Assembly (NCBI GenBank): GCA_041483195.1
Contig: JBGPFC010000055.1
Span: 1-18,222 of the forward strand
Length of the DNA: 18,222 nucleotides
Direction of reading: 5' to 3'
From: Candidatus Eiseniibacteriota bacterium
Lineage (GTDB): Bacteria > Eisenbacteria > RBG-16-71-46
The notes below the pieces were generated by a model. The model saw nothing but the letters and a program-made list of their open reading frames with translations, was not told the DNA's origin and did no database searches. Shown here piece after piece: positions 1 through 8,487 of the stretch. A program made the translations under genes and the position numbers. Position 1 is the first letter of the stretch, and every line of letters starts with the position of its first letter.

Positions 1-1
1 G

Positions 2-1807
2 ACCCACGGGTTCGATCAGGACCAGCGCTTCGTCCCGGTGGACATCGTCAAGGCCAGCAACCCGTCGCGGCTGCTGGTACGAATGCCCTCGACCGCCGAC
101 TTGACGCCCCCGGGCTACTACCTGCTGTTCCTCACCGGCTCGGTCGATGGCGCGGATGTGCCCTCGATCGCAAAGTGGATCAAGGTGGTCTCGACCTCGG
201 CAATCGACGAGTGCGACGAGACGGCCCCGGCGACCATCTCGGATCTGGTGGCCTGCCCGGATCCGAGCGTGCAGACGGATCCGAATCACGCGAAGATCTA
301 TCTCTCGTGGACGGCGCCGGCCGACGACGGGGCACAAACCGTGAGCGGCCGCGCGATCGCGTACGATCTTCGCTACTCGACCAGTTCGATCACCGACGGC
401 AACTGGAGTTCGGCGACTCCGGTCGCGACCCCCACGCCCGCCGCTCCAGGCTCGGCGGAGCTCGACACCGTCTGTTGCGTGGGCAATAGCAACTGGTACT
501 TCCGGATCAAGGCCAGGGACGACAACGACCAGTACTCGGCGCTCGGCAATCAGGCGTTTGCGGACAAGTACACGTCGTGCGACGACTTCCTGGTCGGTGG
601 AGGGGGCGACGGCGGTGACAGCTCGCGGGCGCGGCGCGCGGGCGCGCTCTCGGCGATGGAGCAGCAGCAGGCGGGCTCGTTCGTCGAGAACTCGTTGCTC
701 GACGGGGCGGCCCCAAACGCCCGGATCAGCGATCTGTGCCGGCTCGCGTCGAGTCCCGCCATCAAGGGCGATGCCTACGCGCTGCGCCTGCGCGGGACGG
801 GCTCGCGCTCGCTCGCGCTCGATGCAGCGCGGCTGCTGGTCGTGGACCACTCGGCCCAGGTGCGGGGGTTCGCGGTCGGCGGCAACATCGTACTGGGCGA
901 GCGCTCGGCCGCGACGCAAGTACTGGGCGCTGGCGCTTCAGACCTGACTGCGATGATGGATGGCAGCGCCGAGTACGGCGCGGCGGCGGGCGAGACGCTG
1001 ACGGTCGCGCTTGTCGCCGTGCCGGAGGGTTCACCTCCGGTCGATCCGGTGCTGGTGATCGATGCCGCCCGTGGGAGTGCTGCGAGCGGCGGGGCGGCAA
1101 TCGAGATCGAGGCTCATGCCGAAGCTGGAGAGTGGCAGTCGGCCGGTCGCGCGATGCCACGCCGCAACTGGGACGAGCTCACCAGCGCGCTTCCATCCGG
1201 CAGCACGCACGTGCGGCTCATCATGCTCGGCGACTGCACGCTGCGATTCGTGGGGAGCCTCGTGCGCTCGTCTGAGAGTGCCGGGCTCCACACCGCCACG
1301 CTGCTCAGCGCAGCCTCGAGCCAGAGCGGTGATGTGAGGCAAGCGCTCGCTGCGGGGGACTCGGTGAGCCTGACCGTGGCGGGGGCGGACACCGTGAGCC
1401 TCGGGTTCGAGGTCCCGCAGCAGTCTGAAGGCACGATTCGCGAGTTCTTCCTCGCGGTGGATGCGACGCCGCACTCGAGTCATGGCCTGAGTGCCGAGCG
1501 GGCGCGGGTTGAGCTACCCGTGCTGCCCGTGGCGTTCGCGCTGCGGCAGAACCAGCCCAACCCGTTCCGGGCGCGAACCACGATCCGCTTCGATCTGCCG
1601 GCCGGCGCGATGGTGCGGCTCGAGGTCTTCGACGTGCAGGGGCGGCGGCTTCAGGTCCTCGCGAACCATTACTACCCGCCGGGCTATCACGCAGTGGAGT
1701 GGGATCACCGGACGTCGTCGGGGGCCGCGGCGGGACCGGGAATCTATTTCTATCGCATCGACGCTGGCCCGCTGCATGACCGCAAGAAGATGGCGTTGAC
1801 GCCATAG
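2..1807 (+). CDS. 5'-truncated secreted multidomain protein: galactose oxidase C-terminal (DUF1929/E-set) domain, FN3-like domain, uncharacterised beta-rich region and FlgD-Ig/T9SS-type C-terminal sorting domain
   Basis: The frame is open from nt 2 (THGFDQDQRFVPV...), so GTG 38 is not the real start. THxxDxxQR, PPGYYLLF and VPSIAKWIKV are typical of the galactose/glyoxal oxidase domain III. LSWTAP..YDLRYS..WYFRIKARD resembles FN3. The C-terminus reads QNQPNPF..IRFDL..FDVQGRR..WD..GIYFYRI. Stop TAG at 1805-1807. Confidence 0.85.
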   Translation, partial: THGFDQDQRFVPVDIVKASNPSRLLVRMPSTADLTPPGYYLLFLTGSVDGADVPSIAKWIKVVSTSAIDECDETAPATISDLVACPDPSVQTDPNHAKIYLSWTAPADDGAQTVSGRAIAYDLRYSTSSITDGNWSSATPVATPTPAAPGSAELDTVCCVGNSNWYFRIKARDDNDQYSALGNQAFADKYTSCDDFLVGGGGDGGDSSRARRAGALSAMEQQQAGSFVENSLLDGAAPNARISDLCRLASSPAIKGDAYALRLRGTGSRSLALDAARLLVVDHSAQVRGFAVGGNIVLGERSAATQVLGAGASDLTAMMDGSAEYGAAAGETLTVALVAVPEGSPPVDPVLVIDAARGSAASGGAAIEIEAHAEAGEWQSAGRAMPRRNWDELTSALPSGSTHVRLIMLGDCTLRFVGSLVRSSESAGLHTATLLSAASSQSGDVRQALAAGDSVSLTVAGADTVSLGFEVPQQSEGTIREFFLAVDATPHSSHGLSAERARVELPVLPVAFALRQNQPNPFRARTTIRFDLPAGAMVRLEVFDVQGRRLQVLANHYYPPGYHAVEWDHRTSSGAAAGPGIYFYRIDAGPLHDRKKMALTP

Positions 1808-1817
1808 GCTGCGACAT

Positions 1818-1863
1818 GAAGACGAGGGCCGCGGCGAAGCTGCCACGGCCCTCGCCAGTCTTC
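1818..1863. terminator. GC-rich stem-loop between convergent genes, possible bidirectional terminator
   Basis: GAAGAC (1818-1823) pairs with GTCTTC (1858-1863), and GAGGGCCG (1824-1831) pairs with CGGCCCTC (1846-1853). There is no strong U-tract. Confidence 0.45.
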
Positions 1864-1897
1864 CGCGGGCCAGGCGCCCGCTCGCAATCCGTCTCCC

Positions 1898-3283
1898 CTA
1901 CGCCGCCTCGCGGCCCGCGCCGCCGAGCATCTCGCCGTCCAGCTCCTGCGCGAGCGCGTCGAGGCACGCTTCGCTCACGCCGGTGCCGCGTTCGCGCTCC
2001 ATCACCTTGAGCGCGGTCTCCTCCGGCAACGCGGGGCGATAGGGCCGCGGCGCGGTGAGTGCGTCGTACTGGTCGGCGGTCGCGAGGATCTGCGCGGCGA
2101 GCGGGAACTGCGCGCCCGCGAGGCCGCGGAAGTAGCCCTTGCCGTCGAGCCGCTCGTGGTGCGAAGCGGCGACCTGCGCGAGCTGCTTGAAGCCGCGCAC
2201 GTGGAGCAGGATGCGCAGCGTGTAGTACGGATGGAGCCGCACCACCTCCCACTCCTCGGCGCCCAGCGGTGCTGGCTTGTCGAGGATGCTGTTCGGCACC
2301 GAGAGCTTGCCGATGTCGTGGAGCAGCGCGGCGCGGCGCAGCGAGTCGATCTCGGCAGCTTCGAACCCGAGCCGCATCGCGAGCCGGACCGACATCTCGC
2401 TCATGCGGTAGGAGTGCTGCGCGGTGAACGGCGACTTCGCGTCCACCACCTCGGCGAACCCGAGCGCGATGCGATCGAGCGTGCCGGGCCCCGCGAGCAG
2501 CGCGGCGTCGCCGGGCTCGCGCGCCTCGACCTCTTCGCGTAGCGCGGGCTCATCGAGCGCGCGCCAGCGGTGCAGCTCGCCCTCCAACTCGTGCGCGATC
2601 GAGCACAGCGCCGGATCGAACCAGCGGCCGCTGCGCTCGCGCGCGGCGCCCACCGCGACCCGCGGCCCGTCCACCGCGCTCAACACCTCGAGGGTCTGCG
2701 CGAGCCCCATGATGCGCGCGAGCAGCGGGATGCCTCCGCCCGAGAGCCCGCGCGGCTGGCCGCTCCCGTCCCAGTGCTCGTCGAGCGAGCGCACCGCCTC
2801 CGCGACGCCGGGGCCGAAGCCCAGGCGCTCGACGATCTCGGCGCCGCGCGTCGCGCGGGTCTCGACCAGCTCGGCCGCCACGCGCGGGCCGCGCTGCGCG
2901 AACTCCGCGATGCGGCGCGCGCGCTCGAACCACGAGGCGCCCGGCACCGAGAGCGCGAGGCCGAAGCGCACCGCGCGCAGGTAATTCCCCCAGTCCACGC
3001 GCAGGAGGTCGTGGCGCGAAACGCCAGAGCCGCCGAACAACGCGAAAACGCGCGAGGCGTTGCTCGAGCAGCCCGCGTCCTTGAGCAGCAGCGCGTAATA
3101 GAGATCGCGCCCCTCGGTGACGCCGAGGCCGCAGCGCTCGCCGAGCCGCATCCCGATCAGGCAGGTGCGCAGCGCGTGGCCGAGCGGCTGCCCCTCGGTG
3201 AGATCGAGCGCGAACGAAAGCGCCGACAGCACTTCGGAGACGCGGACGGTTTCGGGAGTGGAGTCGAACTCGGGCCGAGTCAT
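1898..3283 (-). CDS. Tandem HD-domain (HD-GYP-like) cyclic-nucleotide phosphodiesterase, 461 aa
   Basis: The C-terminal domain has HS.R, LLHDIGK, HP, HHERLDGKGYF, ADQYDAL and RPYR. The N-terminal domain is degenerate (LLKDAG, DEHWDGSGQP). Start placed at ATG 3283 (MTRPEF) because the upstream extension looks non-coding. Confidence 0.88.
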   Translation of the reverse strand: MTRPEFDSTPETVRVSEVLSALSFALDLTEGQPLGHALRTCLIGMRLGERCGLGVTEGRDLYYALLLKDAGCSSNASRVFALFGGSGVSRHDLLRVDWGNYLRAVRFGLALSVPGASWFERARRIAEFAQRGPRVAAELVETRATRGAEIVERLGFGPGVAEAVRSLDEHWDGSGQPRGLSGGGIPLLARIMGLAQTLEVLSAVDGPRVAVGAARERSGRWFDPALCSIAHELEGELHRWRALDEPALREEVEAREPGDAALLAGPGTLDRIALGFAEVVDAKSPFTAQHSYRMSEMSVRLAMRLGFEAAEIDSLRRAALLHDIGKLSVPNSILDKPAPLGAEEWEVVRLHPYYTLRILLHVRGFKQLAQVAASHHERLDGKGYFRGLAGAQFPLAAQILATADQYDALTAPRPYRPALPEETALKVMERERGTGVSEACLDALAQELDGEMLGGAGREAA

Positions 3284-3544
3284 TGTCTGCGGTATCGGCG
3301 AAGAATCTCGGGCGATTGAGAGCGAAGGCGGTGTTCCGAACGCTTGTCGCAATTTGCCGCGCGCATTGCATCGTGCGCGGCGCGGGCCGGCTGGGAGGCA
3401 GCCCATGGTTGACTGGCGCGGGCCGCGCCCGAGCGGATAAACTCAAGGCGGCTTCGATTCCACATTGCCGGACCCGGTTGTGCGGGGATTTCCCTCGGAC
3501 CGCGCAGACTCGGGCCATATCCGCAGCCTTGCCCAGGAGCATCC

Positions 3545-5542
3545 ATGGCCCCCGAGCCTTGTATTCGACGCCTGCGCGTCGCGATGATCGTCGCCGCGCT
3601 GGCGGCGCTGGCGGCCGCGCCGCCCGCCCACGCGCTGCGGCTCGTGAACTGGAACCTGCTCAACTATCCGGGCTCGACCGGCGCGATCCGCGATCCTTAC
3701 TACCGCGTGGTGCTCACCCCGCTCGCCCCCGACTTCATGGTCGCGGACGAGGTCACGAGCCAGGCCGCCGTGAACGAGTTCCTGTCCAGCGTGCTGAACA
3801 CGATGGAGCCCGGCCAGTGGGCGGCCGCGCCCTTCGTGGACGGCAACGACACCGACTGCGGGTTCTTCTACAAGCCTTCGAAGGTCCAGTACCTGGGCCA
3901 GTGGTCGTTCTACCCGAACCCGGCGAACCTGCTCCGGCTGATCCACGTGTACCGCATCAAGCCGATCGGCTACTCCGCGACCGCTAGCGAGATCCGCGTG
4001 TACGGGCTTCACCTCAAGGCCTCGACCGGGAGCGCCAACGTCGCACAGCGCGCCGCCGAGGCGAAGGGACTGCGCGACACGCTCGATGCGCTGCCGGCCG
4101 GCGTGAACGCGTTGGCGTCTGGCGACTACAATTTCTACACCGGCGCCGAGCCGGCGATGGACACGCTGCTCGCGATCCGCGTCAACAACCGGGGGAGGCT
4201 CTACGATCCGCTGGGCCTCCAGGGAATCTCGTGGCAGGACAACGCGTCGATGGCGGGCAAGCACACGCAGTGTCCATCGACGACGGCGTATCGCCCCAAC
4301 GGCGGCTATTCGGGCGGCGGCCTCGACGACCGGTTCGATCTCCTCCTGCCGACCTACGACCTCGCGGACGGGCAGGCCATCGAGCTGCTGCCGTCGAGCT
4401 ACGTCTCGGTGGGCAACGACGGCCTGCACATGAACAAGTCGGTGACCGACGCGCCCATCGCGCCCGCCGACACGGCGTACGCGCGAGCGCTCTGGTGGTG
4501 CAGCGATCACCTGCCGGTGCGGGTCGATCTCCGGCTCCCGGCGCAGATCGGCGCGACGACCCCGCTCGCCTTCGGCACCGTGATCGTGGGCGCGGGCGCG
4601 ACGCAGCTCGAGGCGGTCGCCGACACCGCGCACACGCCGGCCGACTCGCTGCGCTACACGCTCGCGGCCGACCCGGGGTTCACGGCGCCCGCCGGCAACT
4701 TCGCGATCGCGCCCGGAGACCCCGCGGCCCTACACTCGGTCGGCATGATCACGGCCTCCGCCGGAAACATGGCCGGCAACCTCACCATCGCCTCGAACGA
4801 CGTGGACGTCCCCACGAGGCTGGTCGCGCTCGCGGGCACGGTGCTCGATCACGCCTCCGCCTCGCTCGACTCCACGATCGCGTTGCTCGCCGACACGCTC
4901 GACTTCGGGAGCCACGAGTCCGGCCAGTTCTCCACGATGCTCGCGCGCGTTCACAACCGCGGTTACGACGCGCTGCAGGCGCCGCTCGCGGTGTCGGGCG
5001 GCGCGATCACGGGCGGCGCGGGACGCTTCTCGATCGTGGGCGGCTTCGCGCCGGCGCTGGTGGCCGGAACCGCGGCGAGCTACACGATCGCCTTCGACGA
5101 CAACGGCGCGAGCGCGGACTCCACCTACCAGGCGACGCTCGACTTCAGCAGCGCCGACGAGGCGCTGCCCGGCGCCGCGGCCCAGCCGGGCCTCGGCGTG
5201 ACGCTGCTCGCGCGGCGCGCCGGCGGCACGGTGGCGGTGGATGACGCGCGCCGTGCGCCGGGCACGACGCGGCTCTACGCGCCGGCTCCGAACCCGATGC
5301 CCGGCCATGGCACGCTGCGCTTCGACCTCGCGCGCGCGACCGATGCGAAGCTCGAGATCTTCGATCTCGCGGGACGGCGCGTCTCGACGGTCGCGAGCGG
5401 CAGCTTCGAGCCGGGCCGCTACGCCTACCCCTGGAACGGCCGCCGGAGCGACGGCGCCGCCCTGGGCGCGGGACTCTACTTCGTGCGGCTCACCGGGCGC
5501 GGGATCGAAACGCAGACCGCGCGCCTCGCGATGGTCCATTGA
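3545..5542 (+). CDS. Secreted endonuclease/exonuclease/phosphatase (EEP, DNase I-like) protein with Ig-like domains and FlgD-Ig/T9SS-type CTD, paralog 1
   Basis: An AGGAG RBS precedes the ATG, and the signal peptide ends AHA|LRL. EEP motifs: NWN, DE, HLKA, GDYN, DRFD, SDHLPV. Two Ig-like repeats start at FG motifs. CTD: APNP..RFDL..FDLAGRRV..WNG..GLYFVRL. Confidence 0.88.
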   Translation: MAPEPCIRRLRVAMIVAALAALAAAPPAHALRLVNWNLLNYPGSTGAIRDPYYRVVLTPLAPDFMVADEVTSQAAVNEFLSSVLNTMEPGQWAAAPFVDGNDTDCGFFYKPSKVQYLGQWSFYPNPANLLRLIHVYRIKPIGYSATASEIRVYGLHLKASTGSANVAQRAAEAKGLRDTLDALPAGVNALASGDYNFYTGAEPAMDTLLAIRVNNRGRLYDPLGLQGISWQDNASMAGKHTQCPSTTAYRPNGGYSGGGLDDRFDLLLPTYDLADGQAIELLPSSYVSVGNDGLHMNKSVTDAPIAPADTAYARALWWCSDHLPVRVDLRLPAQIGATTPLAFGTVIVGAGATQLEAVADTAHTPADSLRYTLAADPGFTAPAGNFAIAPGDPAALHSVGMITASAGNMAGNLTIASNDVDVPTRLVALAGTVLDHASASLDSTIALLADTLDFGSHESGQFSTMLARVHNRGYDALQAPLAVSGGAITGGAGRFSIVGGFAPALVAGTAASYTIAFDDNGASADSTYQATLDFSSADEALPGAAAQPGLGVTLLARRAGGTVAVDDARRAPGTTRLYAPAPNPMPGHGTLRFDLARATDAKLEIFDLAGRRVSTVASGSFEPGRYAYPWNGRRSDGAALGAGLYFVRLTGRGIETQTARLAMVH

Positions 5543-7533
5543 TCGCGAACCGCCCGGGCGTGACGGCCGCGCGCCGCGCCGCGCTCGGGGCGGCCGCGAT
5601 GCTGCTCGCGCTCGCGGGCCCCGCTCACGCGCTGCGGGTCGTGACTTGGAATCTGCTCCAGTACCCCGACCTCGACCTCGCCGGGCGCCAGCCCAAGTTC
5701 CGCACGGTGATGGCGGACATCAACGCCGACGTGCTGATCGTGCAGGAGCTGCAGAGCGCGGCCGCACGCGACTCGATGCTCAACAACGTGCTCAACGTGG
5801 TCGAGCCCGGTCAGTGGACCGGGAGCGGCTTCTTCACGCTGCAATCGAACCCCGTCCTCGAGGGCGGTGCGGTCTTCTGGAAACCGGCGAAGGTCTCGGT
5901 CGGAAACCTGACCACCTTCGTCACCAGCGGCCCGCGCGACGTGCTGGCCGCGCGCATCACGCCCGTCGGCTACACCGCGCTCCCCGCCACGTTCCGCATC
6001 TACTCCGTCCATCTCAAGGCGGGCGGGCCGGCGACCGCCGACTCCACGACGCGCCGGCTCGAGTGCACGGACATTCGCAATACGCTGAACGTCGTGCCGG
6101 CCGGCACCAATTTCCTGCTGGGCGGCGACACGAACATCTACGGCGCGTACGAGGGCGCGTATCTCCGCCTCACCGAATCGCAGAGCGACAACGACGGGCG
6201 CGGCAAGGATCCGCTCACGATGCCCGGCAACTGGCACTCCCTGTCCGGCTACGCGCCCTATTACTCGCAGTGCCCGTGCAACGCGGGCTGTGGGGCCGGA
6301 TTCTCGGGCGGAGGGCTCGACGACCGCTTCGATTTGTTTCTGTCGAGCTACGGGATGCAGGACGGACAGGGTCTGGACGTCGTGCCGGGCGGTTACTTCG
6401 CGTACGGCAACGACGGCCTCCACTTCAACGACGACGTGAACGGCGGCGGATTCAACAACGCCGTCGGCCTCACGATCGCGACCGCGCTCGTCGGCGCCTC
6501 CGATCATCTGCCGGTGGTGTGCACGGTGCAGCTCGCATCGAAGATCGCCGCCGCCTCTCAGATCGATTTCGGATCGGCGATCGTGGGCGGCACCGCGCAG
6601 CGGACGCTCGCGGTCTCCAATCCCGCGACGCCGCCCGCCGACGCGCTCGACTACTCGATGGCCGCGCCGGCGAATTTCACGGCGCCGGGCGGCGGCTTCT
6701 CGGCGGCGGCGGGCGCGGCCGCCAGCAACCACACGCTCGGGATGAGCAGCCTGGTCGCGGGCACCAAGACCGGCACGCTCACCGTCACGACCGACGCGCC
6801 CGATTCGCTCTCGAAGACCGTGAAACTCTCGGGGCTGGTGCTCGCGCACGCGACCGCATCACTCGATTCGCTCGCGCTGGTGCGGGACGACTCGCTCGAC
6901 TTCGGGGCGCGGGCGGCCGCGGATTTCCGCGACAGCCTGGTGTTCGTGCACGACGAGGGCTATGGCGCGCTCGTGGCCCGGCTCGCGGTCAACGCAGGCG
7001 TGATCGCGGGTGGCGGCGGGCACTTCTCGATCGTCGGCGGATTCCAGAGCGCGCTGGTCGCCGGCGCGGGCGCGGCCTACCCCGTGCGCTTCGACCCGGC
7101 GGGCGCAACGCTCGACTCCACGTACGACGCGACGCTCACTTTCTCGACCTCAGACGAGGCGCTGCCGGGCGCGGCCGCGCAGCCCGACCTGGTGCTCCAT
7201 CTCGTCGCGCGAGCGGTCGCCGGCACCACCGCGGTCGCGCAGGGGAGCGAGCCGCAGGCGCTGCGGTTCGCGCCGGCCCGCCCCAATCCGCTCACGGGCG
7301 AGACGCGCCTCGGGATCGACCTGCCGCAGGCGGCCCAGTTGAGCATCGCGGTCTTCGACCTCTCCGGCCGCAGGATCGCGAACATCGCGGACGGGGCGTT
7401 CGATGCCGGACATCACGACTTCAGCTGGCGCGCGCGCGACGCGCGCGGCGTGCGGGTGGCGGCCGGCCTCTACTTCGCGCGCATCGTGACGCCCGGCCTG
7501 CGCGGCATGCAGCGCCTCGTCGTGCTTCCTTAA
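5539..7533 (+). CDS. Secreted EEP nuclease/phosphatase with Ig-like domains and FlgD-Ig/T9SS-type CTD, paralog 2
   Basis: A TTG start overlaps the previous TGA (alternative starts GTG 5560, ATG 5599). Signal peptide ends AHA|LRV. Motifs: TWN, QE, HLKA, GDTN, GGLDDRFD, GNDGLH, SDHLPV. CTD: RPNP..FDLSGRRI..W..GLYFARI. Collinear with paralog 1. Confidence 0.88.
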   Translation: MIANRPGVTAARRAALGAAAMLLALAGPAHALRVVTWNLLQYPDLDLAGRQPKFRTVMADINADVLIVQELQSAAARDSMLNNVLNVVEPGQWTGSGFFTLQSNPVLEGGAVFWKPAKVSVGNLTTFVTSGPRDVLAARITPVGYTALPATFRIYSVHLKAGGPATADSTTRRLECTDIRNTLNVVPAGTNFLLGGDTNIYGAYEGAYLRLTESQSDNDGRGKDPLTMPGNWHSLSGYAPYYSQCPCNAGCGAGFSGGGLDDRFDLFLSSYGMQDGQGLDVVPGGYFAYGNDGLHFNDDVNGGGFNNAVGLTIATALVGASDHLPVVCTVQLASKIAAASQIDFGSAIVGGTAQRTLAVSNPATPPADALDYSMAAPANFTAPGGGFSAAAGAAASNHTLGMSSLVAGTKTGTLTVTTDAPDSLSKTVKLSGLVLAHATASLDSLALVRDDSLDFGARAAADFRDSLVFVHDEGYGALVARLAVNAGVIAGGGGHFSIVGGFQSALVAGAGAAYPVRFDPAGATLDSTYDATLTFSTSDEALPGAAAQPDLVLHLVARAVAGTTAVAQGSEPQALRFAPARPNPLTGETRLGIDLPQAAQLSIAVFDLSGRRIANIADGAFDAGHHDFSWRARDARGVRVAAGLYFARIVTPGLRGMQRLVVLP

Positions 7534-7544
7534 GAGCGCGCGGC

Positions 7545-7739
7545 TCAGGTTTCGCCCGGCGGGTCGCCATGGGTGCGCGGCGAATGGCCATCGCAGGCCA
7601 GCACCGGAAGCCGCGGATACTTCGGGTAGCGCGGATCGGTCGCGGCCAGCGTGCAGAGCCAGAACACGCTGCGCGGCGTGGCCACGGTGCGGGCGTGGCG
7701 ACAATCGGCGCACAACCCCACGAGAGGCGCTTCCGGCAT
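7545..7739 (-). CDS. Small Cys-rich hypothetical protein (64 aa), probably metal-binding
   Basis: MPEAPLVGLCADCRHA..FWLC..DPRYPKYPRLPVLAC contains CxxC plus two further Cys. AGGAGG lies upstream of ATG 7739. Confidence 0.7.
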   Translation of the reverse strand: MPEAPLVGLCADCRHARTVATPRSVFWLCTLAATDPRYPKYPRLPVLACDGHSPRTHGDPPGET

Positions 7740-7874
7740 GCCCGATCCGTCCCCTCCTGCGCGAACAAACCCAGACGCGTGGTGAATTCTCCGCGGAATC
7801 ATACCCAATCGCCGCGGTCGCGAGGCGGCACGAAGCGATCCGCCGCGACGGAACGCGCCCGGGCCCGGCCCTCG

Positions 7875-7890
7875 ATCGCACCGGTGCGAT
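7875..7890. promoter_or_regulatory. Perfect 16-bp palindrome ATCGCACCGGTGCGAT, candidate regulator site
   Basis: Self-complementary and intergenic, about 190 bp upstream of the sigma-54 promoter. Confidence 0.35.
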
Positions 7891-7960
7891 GCCGGGCGTT
7901 CATCCCTCCGACGGGTGGGCCGCCCGAAAAGCGCGCTAACTCGAGCCGCGGACGGCGCGG

Positions 7961-7977
7961 TGTCGGGGATGGCTACA
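7961..7977 (+). promoter_or_regulatory. Candidate enhancer (bEBP) site TGT-N11-ACA
   Basis: TGTCGGGGATGGCTACA lies about 100 bp upstream of the -24 element, a typical distance for NtrC-family activator sites. Confidence 0.4.
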
Positions 7978-8075
7978 CAAATTCGCCATCGACCCTCGAG
8001 GCGAGGGCGCGCGGCGCCCCGACCGCGGGGGCTTAAGCGGACGCCGGCAGCGCCTTAGGACCGCGGCGCGTCATT

Positions 8076-8090
8076 TGGTACGGGCCTTGC
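8076..8090 (+). promoter_or_regulatory. Sigma-54 (-24/-12) promoter of the PEP-CTERM gene
   Basis: TGGTAC-GGGCC-TTGC matches TGGCAC-N5-TTGC with exact GG-N10-GC spacing and ends 56 nt before the ATG. Confidence 0.8.
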
Positions 8091-8146
8091 GGATAAGCCA
8101 TGGCAGAGATCGTATGCCGCACCCCCCACTCTGAGAAAGGTTACAC

Positions 8147-8452
8147 ATGAAGAAGTTGATTCTCCTGGCCTTCGTGCTCGCGCTCGCCGCCGCGCCGGCG
8201 TGGGCCTACGTTCAGCTCGGCCACCTCCCCTCCCCGCAGCCCACCGCCACGGACGGCAACGGCAATCCGGGCGGCGTTGGCTCCTCCGACGACCTGTTCC
8301 GCGGGAGGCGAATCCACACGGTCGGCGATCCGAAGCCGCAGCCCCTGGGCGACCCCGTCACGCGGCCCGTCCCGGAGCCCGGCACACTGGCGCTCACCTC
8401 GCTCGGTCTGCTCGCGCTCGGCGCGGCAGGCCGCAAGCGCCGCGGGAACTGA
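8147..8452 (+). CDS. Small PEP-CTERM sorting-domain protein (101 aa)
   Basis: RBS-like GAAAGG. Sec signal MKKLILLAFVLALAAAPAWA. C-terminal VPEPGTLALTSLGLLALGAAGRKRR consists of PEP, a TM helix and a basic tail. Confidence 0.92.
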   Translation: MKKLILLAFVLALAAAPAWAYVQLGHLPSPQPTATDGNGNPGGVGSSDDLFRGRRIHTVGDPKPQPLGDPVTRPVPEPGTLALTSLGLLALGAAGRKRRGN

Positions 8453-8487
8453 TCAGCCGGCATCCCCACGATCCGCTGACCCCGCAC

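Noticed and set aside
3284..3406. 41-aa N-terminal extension of the HD protein, and a possible c-di-GMP riboswitch or sigma-54 site there
   Set aside because: The extension looks non-coding. No GEMM-type core and no TGGCAC-N5-TTGC-like element could be matched.
5241..8036. 931-aa alternative-frame ORF and other long Arg/Ala/Pro-rich overlapping or antisense ORFs (e.g. 3443-4633, 8585-10657, 11535-14000, 14854-16350)
   Set aside because: These are shadow ORFs expected in high-GC DNA. They have no motifs and overlap well-supported genes.
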